Assembly (NCBI GenBank): GCA_045655245.1
Contig: JAZOOX010000045.1
Location: 1 to 59,820, forward strand
From: Clostridia bacterium
GTDB taxonomy: Bacteria; Bacillota; Clostridia; RGIG8785
Reading direction: 5' to 3'
Length of the DNA stretch: 59,820 nucleotides
Both the position numbers and the translations under genes were made by a program. The notes under the pieces are model-generated. The model searched no databases, was not told the DNA's origin, and worked only from the letters and a program-made list of their open reading frames with translations. Below, piece by piece: positions 47,733-54,772 of the stretch. Every line of letters begins with the position of its first letter. Within the stretch, counting starts at the first letter, position 1.

Positions 47733-48611
47733 ATGACTATGAAAGCAAAGAAGAAAACGCTGTTTTGTTTTTTTGGACTTTTGTTATTTTTAACTTATTC
47801 TTTTGCTTTAGAGGCATTTGCTGAAAACGCCAACCGAATTGTGTACCACGCGAACTCGCCTGACTCTCAAATCGTTATCCCGAAAGGCTATACGCTTTTC
47901 ACAAGAAGTATTGATGAGAATTCCGAAGAATTAAGGCGGATGAATATAGCAAAGGATGACCTTGTAACTTATTTAAATGCATATGGTTCTGAATTTTTGG
48001 CAGTTTCGCCCGATGGAAACATGGAAGTTATGCTAAAACTCAAAAAAACAGGTTTTGGCTCAAATAATTTAAATTCTCAAAGCATAGATGTGGTTTCTTC
48101 ATTCGCCGAGGGACTGCAAAAGGGGTTTGGCGCAAAAACTTATGAGTTGGTTGAAAGAGATGATATAACATGGGTTAAATTGACTTATTTGCAACCCGTT
48201 TCCGATTCCAGCACCCCTGCGGATATTATTAGATATACAACTGTAGCGAATGGTTGGGATGTCTATCTTTGGGGAAGTTCTTACAACGGGAAACTTACGC
48301 AACAGAACTCAATAGAACTTCAAAATATGTTGGATAGCTTTTCTTTTACAAAGAAGACTACATCGTCATACACGAAACCGAAAACCTCTACTTCTCACTC
48401 CATTTCTAAGAACAAAACAGATACATCGGGCACACTATTTGTTCTTGTGCTTTTGTTGATCACATTTTCCCTTTGTATTACAATATTGATAATAGCCAAA
48501 CGGAATCTAGCGAAAAAACATTCCATTTACAAGATGAAAAAGTGCCCTTGTTGTAAACAAAGTGTTCCAAAAGAAAGCGACTTCTGTCATCATTGCGGTG
48601 AAAAAGTATAA
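47733..48611 (+). CDS. Secreted/membrane-anchored protein with a cytoplasmic C-terminal zinc ribbon
   Basis: Signal peptide (KKKTLFCFFGLLLFLTYSFALEAFA), an extracytoplasmic domain of about 190 aa, a Ser/Thr/Lys linker, and a TM helix. The tail is CPCCKQSVPKESDFCHHCGEKV. A TTGACT-17-TATGAT promoter candidate and RBS gggagagg lie upstream. Confidence 0.7.
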   Translation: MTMKAKKKTLFCFFGLLLFLTYSFALEAFAENANRIVYHANSPDSQIVIPKGYTLFTRSIDENSEELRRMNIAKDDLVTYLNAYGSEFLAVSPDGNMEVMLKLKKTGFGSNNLNSQSIDVVSSFAEGLQKGFGAKTYELVERDDITWVKLTYLQPVSDSSTPADIIRYTTVANGWDVYLWGSSYNGKLTQQNSIELQNMLDSFSFTKKTTSSYTKPKTSTSHSISKNKTDTSGTLFVLVLLLITFSLCITILIIAKRNLAKKHSIYKMKKCPCCKQSVPKESDFCHHCGEKV

Positions 48612-48624
48612 GAGGGGTGTTGTT

Positions 48625-49116
48625 ATGAAAGTTCTGATTTATTGCTTGTGGTTCTTTTGTCTTGTTTGTATTCAGGTAATCTTCAAAAATATTGGCGTAC
48701 TTTTAGGCGCTCTTCCCACAGCTCTTCTCTATCTGTTGGTGTGGTTTTGTGCAGATAAAACATGGTATGCATGGAAACAACACACAGTTTTAAAAGAAGC
48801 ACAAAAGGCTGGAAAAACTCCTTTTGAATTTATAGCAAATGATGTTCCTGAAAGCGTTATCGAATACTGCAATTCCGTTCGCGGAAATGTAGCAGAAGTG
48901 AAAGACTATTTAAAAGCTTGCGTGAAAAATAAGAGTATTACTGATTTAGAATCCCGAATTCTTTTTGAGGAGTTTAAAACGCCACGACTTCTCTCGGCTG
49001 AAAACCACGGAAAACCCATCCTCTTTTGTCGAGAATGTGGCACAAAACTTTTGGGAAATAGTTCTTTCTGCCAAAAATGTGGAACAAAGATTATTACACC
49101 GGAGGAAATAAAATGA
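48625..49116 (+). CDS. Two-TM membrane protein with a C-terminal zinc ribbon
   Basis: The ATG at 48625 follows RBS gaggggtg. Two N-terminal hydrophobic helices and a C-terminal CRECGTKLLGNSSFCQKCGTKI. Confidence 0.65.
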   Translation: MKVLIYCLWFFCLVCIQVIFKNIGVLLGALPTALLYLLVWFCADKTWYAWKQHTVLKEAQKAGKTPFEFIANDVPESVIEYCNSVRGNVAEVKDYLKACVKNKSITDLESRILFEEFKTPRLLSAENHGKPILFCRECGTKLLGNSSFCQKCGTKIITPEEIK

Positions 49117-50198
49117 AGTGTACAAAATGTGATAGCATTTTACCTGAAGGGAGCAAGTTTTGCCAATATTGTGGACAACAAATAGTTTCTCCTTCGGTAA
49201 AAATCGAAGAACTTGAAGATCCTATAATTCGTGCTTTGATAAAGAGATCGGAAAGTTTGAATGCTGATGAACGAAAAGAAATTTTTGAGAAGCTGAAAGA
49301 ATCTGCGGAAAGAAGAAATATTCTTTATGAAAGACAAAAACCAGATGAAGAAAATTACGGATTTTGCATAGAAAACCCCATTATTACTTCAACGGTTTTT
49401 GATAGTTCGAGTTATCTTTCTCGTTTGAGAACCGCTGACAAAGAGCCTCTTTTTTGGGCAAGAACAGGAGCGTACTATGAAGTCGAAGTACATGGCGTAA
49501 TTGTAAATGGGGTTGATTGTTATACTCTTTATCTTTATGGGGAAGAGTATGCAGTATTATATCTTTGTCCTTATGGACATGTCGCAAAAAAAGCACCAAA
49601 AGGATTTGTTTTGGAAGATGAAGATAATCGCGAATTCGGCGGAAGCATAGAAAAAGAATGTGAGGCTAAAAATCTTTCTCAGGAGCAAATTCTGTTGATG
49701 CATAAACACGAACACGAAAACGAGCAATTGGCTCAAAATGTTGTGCCAGAAAAAGGAACATCGGGAGATTCTAATACCAAAAGCCAACTAGGAATATCAC
49801 CGAAACGCTTTTGTAAGATGTGTGGTGGAGAAATAGATGAAAATAAAAAGTGCTCACAATGCGGAAAGCAGTATTTTAAAGGTTTAGCCGACAGTATGGT
49901 TTGGATACTGATTTTGTCTTTGTTTTCTTTAATTCTATTAACCATCAATATCGTGAATGAACTCAAAATCAATGAACTGGCATCAGAATTGCAGATGTAT
50001 CGTGAAAACGTTGTATTTGTCGTTGAAGGATATTCAAGTGCTTTTGGCAAAAGACCACCAATATATCATACAGATTCTAACTGCCGTAAGTTGAAAGAGG
50101 CTTCGAACCATGAAATCAGATCCAAAGATGAGGTTTTATACTCTGATTCTGCATGGGATTCCAAACCAAACAAATGCGTCTGGTGCTTTACAGATTAG
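49113..50198 (+). CDS. Protein with two zinc ribbons, one TM helix and a C-terminal H/C-rich motif
   Basis: The ATG at 49113 follows RBS ggaggaaat and makes an ATGA overlap with the upstream gene. N-terminal CTKCDSILPEGSKFCQYCG, an internal CKMCGGEIDENKKCSQCG, and a TM helix (MVWILILSLFSLILLTINIV). The C-terminus reads IYHTDSNCRKL...KCVWC. Confidence 0.65.
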   Translation: MKCTKCDSILPEGSKFCQYCGQQIVSPSVKIEELEDPIIRALIKRSESLNADERKEIFEKLKESAERRNILYERQKPDEENYGFCIENPIITSTVFDSSSYLSRLRTADKEPLFWARTGAYYEVEVHGVIVNGVDCYTLYLYGEEYAVLYLCPYGHVAKKAPKGFVLEDEDNREFGGSIEKECEAKNLSQEQILLMHKHEHENEQLAQNVVPEKGTSGDSNTKSQLGISPKRFCKMCGGEIDENKKCSQCGKQYFKGLADSMVWILILSLFSLILLTINIVNELKINELASELQMYRENVVFVVEGYSSAFGKRPPIYHTDSNCRKLKEASNHEIRSKDEVLYSDSAWDSKPNKCVWCFTD

Positions 50199-50242
50199 AA
50201 TAAGTATAATAAGGAACTCCAATACTCTCGGCTTTTAAAATT

Positions 50243-50271
50243 ACGGTTCGAGCCCGTGATGGTGTACCAAA
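50243..50271 (+). repeat. Direct repeat copy 2 (29 bp fragment of the tRNA-Lys 3' end); att-like
   Basis: Identical to 47469..47497. No 5' part of a tRNA precedes it. Confidence 0.9.
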
Positions 50272-50306
50272 CAAGCACTTACGAAAGTAGGTGCTTGTTT
50301 TCTTTT
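50271..50306 (+). terminator. Terminator hairpin after the displaced tRNA-Lys 3' fragment
   Basis: acaagcacttac-gaaa-gtaggtgcttgt hairpin followed by TTTTCTTTTT. Confidence 0.7.
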
Positions 50307-50368
50307 TCAAAAAAGCCAGGCGAACCCTGATCAAAGGCGGAACTGGTTTTGGAAAAATTTGGTGGATT

Positions 50369-50433
50369 TGTCGAATTATGTCGAAATACATCGAAGATTT
50401 ATGCTTGAAAATGTCGAATGATTGCGATATAAT
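50369..50433 (+). promoter_or_regulatory. Cluster of Spo0A-box-like heptamers overlapping a sigmaA-type promoter
   Basis: TGTCGAA at 50369, 50379 and 50412, and CATCGAA at 50389. The promoter is TTGAAA (50405..50410), a 17 nt spacer, then TATAAT (50428..50433). Confidence 0.6.
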
Positions 50434-50489
50434 AAAAACCGTAAGAGAGCTCTCCTCAAACAACGCGTTAAAATCCTAAAAAAGTAAGG

Positions 50490-50708
50490 ATGACTGCTAT
50501 GATCTGCACCTACTCGTTAGTTGAGGAAAAGAAAAACGGAAGAATATCTTATGGCATCAGAGCCACAAGTGGGGACGGAAAAGAGGTTGCCGCTTTTACC
50601 GATGTGTTTTCGGAACGGGAGCAAGCAGAAGAGTTGGTTCGTCGTTGTAATGAAGGTGAACTATGCTTCTGCCATCTTCAAGATGTGGTTTTGGACACCA
50701 TAGGATGA
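50490..50708 (+). CDS. Small hypothetical protein (72 aa, or 69 aa from the ATG at 50499)
   Basis: RBS aaggatg. Sequence: MICTYSLVEEKKNGRISYGIRA...CNEGELCFCHLQDVVLD. No family is assigned with confidence. Confidence 0.55.
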   Translation: MTAMICTYSLVEEKKNGRISYGIRATSGDGKEVAAFTDVFSEREQAEELVRRCNEGELCFCHLQDVVLDTIG

Positions 50709-50714
50709 GCAGGA

Positions 50715-51566
50715 ATGTTTATGAACGCTACATACACTAAATTACAAGAAAGTTTGGACTTCATTCGCTCTAAAACAGCTTTTAGGCCCGAAATCGGACT
50801 GGTATTAGGTTCGGGGTTGGGGAATTTTGCCGACGAAATTAAAACCGTTTTAACGGTTAATTATGATGAAATCCCGCAATTTCCAAAATCCACCGTTAGT
50901 GGACATCGGGGCCGGTTTATATTCGGTTATATCGGCAAAAAAAGCGTTGTTGCAATGCAAGGACGTGTTCATTACTACGAAGGATATGACATTGACGACG
51001 TTGTTATGCCGATTCGCTTAATGGGGCTTTTGGGCGCTAAAACGATTGTTCTTACGAACGCCGCAGGTGGAATCAACACCAATTTTGTCCAGGGGGATCT
51101 GATGTTGATTCGTGACCATATAGCGTCATTTGTTCCATCGCCGTTACGAGGGGAGAATTCGGAAGAATTAGGACCGCGGTTTCCCGATATGTCCAATATT
51201 TATTCTGAAGGACTTTGCCGTTTGATCGAAACATCAGCAGAACATCTTGGTCTTTCACTAAAAAAGGGTGTTTATCTGCAGGTCAGCGGACCGCAATACG
51301 AGACACCGTCTGAAATTTCGGCATACCGAATCCTGGGCGCCGACGCGGTCGGCATGAGTACTGCCTGCGAAGCAATTGCCGCTAAGCATATGGGGCTTTA
51401 TGTATGTGGAATCAGTTGTATCACCAACATGGCTTCGGGGATTTCAAAAACGCCGTTATCCCACGACGAAGTAAAAGAAACCGCCGCAAAGATCTCGGTT
51501 GACTTTTCGAAACTGGTTAAAGATTTTTTAAGACGGATCCCAAGCGAGGAGGCGTACAATGGATAA
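50715..51566 (+). CDS. punA: Purine nucleoside phosphorylase (PunA type)
   Basis: GLVLGSGLG, STVSGHRGRFIFG, LTNAAGG and GMSTACE. Confidence 0.9.
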   Translation: MFMNATYTKLQESLDFIRSKTAFRPEIGLVLGSGLGNFADEIKTVLTVNYDEIPQFPKSTVSGHRGRFIFGYIGKKSVVAMQGRVHYYEGYDIDDVVMPIRLMGLLGAKTIVLTNAAGGINTNFVQGDLMLIRDHIASFVPSPLRGENSEELGPRFPDMSNIYSEGLCRLIETSAEHLGLSLKKGVYLQVSGPQYETPSEISAYRILGADAVGMSTACEAIAAKHMGLYVCGISCITNMASGISKTPLSHDEVKETAAKISVDFSKLVKDFLRRIPSEEAYNG

Positions 51567-51732
51567 TCTTTGCGAGCAGTGCATGTATTACGAATGGGAT
51601 GACGAATTAGAGGCATATTCCTGTGTTATGTCCCTGGATGAAGACGAAATACAACAATTTTCATATACCAAACGAACTTGCCCATATTTTCGATTTGGTG
51701 ACGAGTATCAAATTGTTAAAAAACAAAATTAA
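51559..51732 (+). CDS. Small Cys-containing ORF (57 aa), absent from the supplied ORF track
   Basis: Translated by hand: MDNLCEQCMYYEWDDELEAYSCVMSLDEDEIQQFSYTKRTCPYFRFGDEYQIVKKQN. RBS gaggagg lies upstream. The start overlaps the end of punA, and a terminator follows immediately. Confidence 0.45.
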   Translation: MDNLCEQCMYYEWDDELEAYSCVMSLDEDEIQQFSYTKRTCPYFRFGDEYQIVKKQN

Positions 51733-51758
51733 AAGGAGCACAAATGTGCTCCTTTTAA
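51731..51758. terminator. Bidirectional terminator between the punA operon and dapB
   Basis: aaaaggagcac-aaat-gtgctcctttt hairpin. Confidence 0.8.
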
Positions 51759-52511
51759 TTATTCGTTAATCAGATCTTTCATGCTGTACATCCCGGCAGG
51801 TTGTTTGGTTAAGTAGAGTGCTGCTTTCAAAGCACCGTTAGCAAAGATCTCGCGGGAATCAGCGCGGTGTCCGACGGTGATGATCTCATCCCGACCCGCA
51901 AAGATAACTTCGTGTTCACCAACGATGGTGCCGCCACGAATCGAGTGGATACCGATTTCGGCAGAGTCGCGTTTTTTTCGAACTGCGTGGCGGTCGTAGG
52001 TGTAGTGAGTTTCATCACGCACCTCAGCCAGTGCATCGGCAATCGCAATAGCGGTGCCGCTGGGAGCGTCCAGTTTTTGGTTGTGGTGCTTTTCGATAAT
52101 CTCGACATCGAATCCCGTATCCAAAAACTTTGCGGCTTTTTGAGCAAGATCAATCAGCAAGTTGATGCCGATGGACATATTCGCTGAAAAGAAAACGGGG
52201 ATAGAGGAGGATGCCTCGTGCAAATCGCTGATTTGCGCCTCGGATAAGCCCGTAGTTGCAAAAACAGTAGGAATTTCTCGTTCTTTTACATAAGGCAAAA
52301 GGTTCTCTAATGCTTTGGGATTTGAAAAATCAATCAAGACATCTGCGGGGCCGTCATAATCCCAAGGGTTGGTATAAACAGGATAGTCGGAATCGCCCGG
52401 GACAGAGATATCAAAGCCGCATACTACTTGACACAGCGGATGTGCGGCAATCATTGCGGTCAAGACACGGCCCATTCTGCCGTTGCAACCGTTTAAAATA
52501 ACATTTATCAT
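51759..52511 (-). CDS. dapB: 4-hydroxy-tetrahydrodipicolinate reductase
   Basis: 250 aa. N-terminus GCNGRMG, then EKHHNQKLDAPSGTA and RGGTIVGEHEVIF. Confidence 0.93.
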   Translation of the reverse strand: MINVILNGCNGRMGRVLTAMIAAHPLCQVVCGFDISVPGDSDYPVYTNPWDYDGPADVLIDFSNPKALENLLPYVKEREIPTVFATTGLSEAQISDLHEASSSIPVFFSANMSIGINLLIDLAQKAAKFLDTGFDVEIIEKHHNQKLDAPSGTAIAIADALAEVRDETHYTYDRHAVRKKRDSAEIGIHSIRGGTIVGEHEVIFAGRDEIITVGHRADSREIFANGALKAALYLTKQPAGMYSMKDLINE

Positions 52512-52528
52512 CAGTATCCCACCTTTGA

Positions 52529-53416
52529 TTAGCCTAATAAACCAACTTTCTTCATCGAAGACTTTAAGGTTTCAAGGTTCTTGTCTTCCATTTCACAAAG
52601 GGGCATCCGCAAGATGCCTGCATTCATACCCATCAAATTTAATGCGGTTTTGACAGGGATGGGGTTGACTTCGATGAACAGACTGTTCACCAAATCCAGA
52701 TACTTCAGCTGCAATGCAGTGCTTTCTTTGGTATTGCCGTTCAGATAAAACTCAACCATGTCATGAGTTTCCCTGGGAAGAACGTTTGCCAGAACAGAGA
52801 TAACACCCTTTCCGCCCAAAGAGAGGATGGGGACGATCATATCGTCGTTACCCGAATAGATGGCAAAGTCCTCGGGACAGATTGCAGCAATTTTTGCGGT
52901 CAGGGCAATGTTTCCGCTAGCTTCTTTAATGCCGACGATGTTTTCGGTCTTGGAAAGTTCCAAAGCAGTTTCGGGGGTAATATTCATACCCGTACGACCG
53001 GGGACGTTGTACAATAAGCAGGGGATTTTAACACTGTTTGCAATAGCGTTAAAATGCTTAATCAACCCCTTTTGAGTAGCCTTGTTGTAGTAAGGAGTAA
53101 CGAGAAGCAGACCATCGACACCTAAAGCCTCGGCAGACTGGGAAAGATGAATTGCGTGGGGGGTATCGTTACTTCCCGTTCCGGCAATTACGGGGATGCG
53201 GTGGTTCACTTTCTTAACCGCATACTCGATGCAGGAAAGGTGCTCGGCATCAGGCATAGTAGATGCTTCGCCCGTGGTTCCGCAAACAACAACAGCATCG
53301 GTCTTATTGGCAATGTGGAACTCCAACAGTTTACCGAAAGAGTCAAAATCAACACCGTTTTCGTTCATCGGAGTGACAATTGCGACACACGAACCGGTAA
53401 AAAGTGTTTTTTTCAT
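52529..53416 (-). CDS. dapA: 4-hydroxy-tetrahydrodipicolinate synthase
   Basis: GSCVAIVTPM, CGTTGE, YNVPGRTG and GIKEASG, which carries the Schiff-base lysine. The ATG at 53416 follows RBS caggagg. Confidence 0.94.
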   Translation of the reverse strand: MKKTLFTGSCVAIVTPMNENGVDFDSFGKLLEFHIANKTDAVVVCGTTGEASTMPDAEHLSCIEYAVKKVNHRIPVIAGTGSNDTPHAIHLSQSAEALGVDGLLLVTPYYNKATQKGLIKHFNAIANSVKIPCLLYNVPGRTGMNITPETALELSKTENIVGIKEASGNIALTAKIAAICPEDFAIYSGNDDMIVPILSLGGKGVISVLANVLPRETHDMVEFYLNGNTKESTALQLKYLDLVNSLFIEVNPIPVKTALNLMGMNAGILRMPLCEMEDKNLETLKSSMKKVGLLG

Positions 53417-53433
53417 AGAAGAACCTCCTGGTT

Positions 53434-54435
53434 TTATTCGGCTTCCCAATACTCAATCAGTTTTTCTGCGATCTGTACCGTGTTGGTTGCTGCGCCTTTA
53501 CGGATGTTATCGGCAACAACCCAAAGGTTAACACCACTTTCAACACTTTCGTCACGGCGAACACGCCCGATGAAGGTATCATTCTTTCCGGTTGCAGTAA
53601 TCGCCATCGGATAGACATTGTTAGCCGTGCTATCCTGCAGCGTTACGCCGGGAGCGTTAAAGAGAACCTCTTTCAGCTCATCTAATTCGAAAGGCTTTTC
53701 AAACTCAACATTAATCGACTCGCTATGTCCGTTGACAACAGGAACACGGACTGCAGTAGCGGTAATGCGGATGGAGTCGTCACCCAGGATTTTGTGGGTT
53801 TCGTTTACCATCTTCATTTCTTCTTTTGTATAGCCGTTAGGCAAGAAAACGTCAATGTGCGGAATGCAGTTTCCTACGATAGGATAGGGGAACTTTTTAG
53901 GAGCAACGCCTTTGTATCCCTCTTCCAAATCGGTAACACCTGCAACACCTGCACCGGAGACGGCCTGATAAGTAGAATAAACGATACGTTTGATCTTGTA
54001 GTGATCGTGTAAAGGCTTTAAAGCAACCATTGCCTGAATGGTCGAGCAGTTGGGGTTTGCGATAATACCCTTGTGCTTTAAAATATCCTGGGGGTTCACT
54101 TCCGGAACAACCAGAGGAACTTCAGGATCCATTCTCCAGCAGCTGCTGTTATCGACAACAACACAGCCTTTCGAAGCGGCAATGGGAGCAAACTTTTCAC
54201 TGATACCTGCCCCTGCAGAGAAGAGCGCAATGTCAATTCCGCGATCGAAAGAGTTTTCAGTCAGTTCTTCAACGGTATACTCTTTCCCGTTGAAAGTAAT
54301 CGTTTGTCCTGCAGAACGTGCAGAAGCAAACAGGTATAATTCACTGATGGGAAGTTTTTCTTCCCCTAATACCTGTAAAAAGGTTCTTCCGACCATGCCG
54401 GTGGCGCCGACAATTGCGATTTTGTACTGTTTCAT
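53434..54435 (-). CDS. asd: Aspartate-semialdehyde dehydrogenase
   Basis: IAIVGATGMVG, the active-site context NPNCSTI, and SGAG. The ATG at 54435 follows RBS ggaggg. Confidence 0.94.
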   Translation of the reverse strand: MKQYKIAIVGATGMVGRTFLQVLGEEKLPISELYLFASARSAGQTITFNGKEYTVEELTENSFDRGIDIALFSAGAGISEKFAPIAASKGCVVVDNSSCWRMDPEVPLVVPEVNPQDILKHKGIIANPNCSTIQAMVALKPLHDHYKIKRIVYSTYQAVSGAGVAGVTDLEEGYKGVAPKKFPYPIVGNCIPHIDVFLPNGYTKEEMKMVNETHKILGDDSIRITATAVRVPVVNGHSESINVEFEKPFELDELKEVLFNAPGVTLQDSTANNVYPMAITATGKNDTFIGRVRRDESVESGVNLWVVADNIRKGAATNTVQIAEKLIEYWEAE

Positions 54436-54454
54436 AATCGTAAATCCCTCCATT

Positions 54455-54666
54455 AAAAAATCCGGTTTCTAAAGCGCAGAAACCGGTTTGCTACTACAAT
54501 ACCGATAGCGCTCCATCCAACTTGGATGACAAGCGTACAGTTATTCGCTGCACACCCAGATAAGAAACGCTGACTCGGTTCCCTCTTCGGCATCCGCCCC
54601 TTTTTTCACGGTTCACAGATTAGTCAGAACCTCGCCGCGAATACTTTTGGCACAATGCACCTCTAT
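54455..54666 (-). promoter_or_regulatory. Lysine riboswitch (L-box) with a terminator, leader of asd-dapA-dapB
   Basis: The minus-strand transcript reads AUAGAGGUGC...AAAGUA...GUGAAAAAAGGGGCGGAUGCCGAAG...GUCA...CUGGG...UGUCAUC...GGAUGGAGCGCUAUC. This matches the conserved L-box helix junction segments. The terminator CCGGUUUCU/AGAAACCGG plus U6 follows (plus-strand 54455..54488). Confidence 0.88.
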
Positions 54667-54674
54667 CTATGTAT

Positions 54675-54703
54675 ATAGTAACATTATTATTAAGATGTGT
54701 CAA
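54675..54703 (-). promoter_or_regulatory. SigmaA-type promoter of the L-box leader
   Basis: On the minus strand: TTGACA (54703..54698), a 17 nt spacer, then TACTAT (54680..54675). Confidence 0.6.
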
Positions 54704-54772
54704 TTGTTTTTTGCTTTTTGTTTAAAGGAAATGAGAAGTTTTTGTCGAAATTAATTAAATAGGGGTGATGAT

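Larger units (their letters stand above)
47498..50271. mobile_element. Putative degraded integrative islet in the 3' end of tRNA-Lys (no integrase present)
   Basis: Bounded by the 29-bp direct repeat of the tRNA-Lys 3' end. It holds three ORFs of unknown function. Sequence looks more A/T-rich than the flanks by eye. Each repeat copy is followed by its own terminator hairpin. Confidence 0.4.

Noticed and set aside
53147-54472. Plus-strand ORFs (155, 111, 95 and 144 aa) opposite dapA and asd.
   Set aside because: They are shadow frames. The minus-strand genes carry the diagnostic DapA and Asd motifs.
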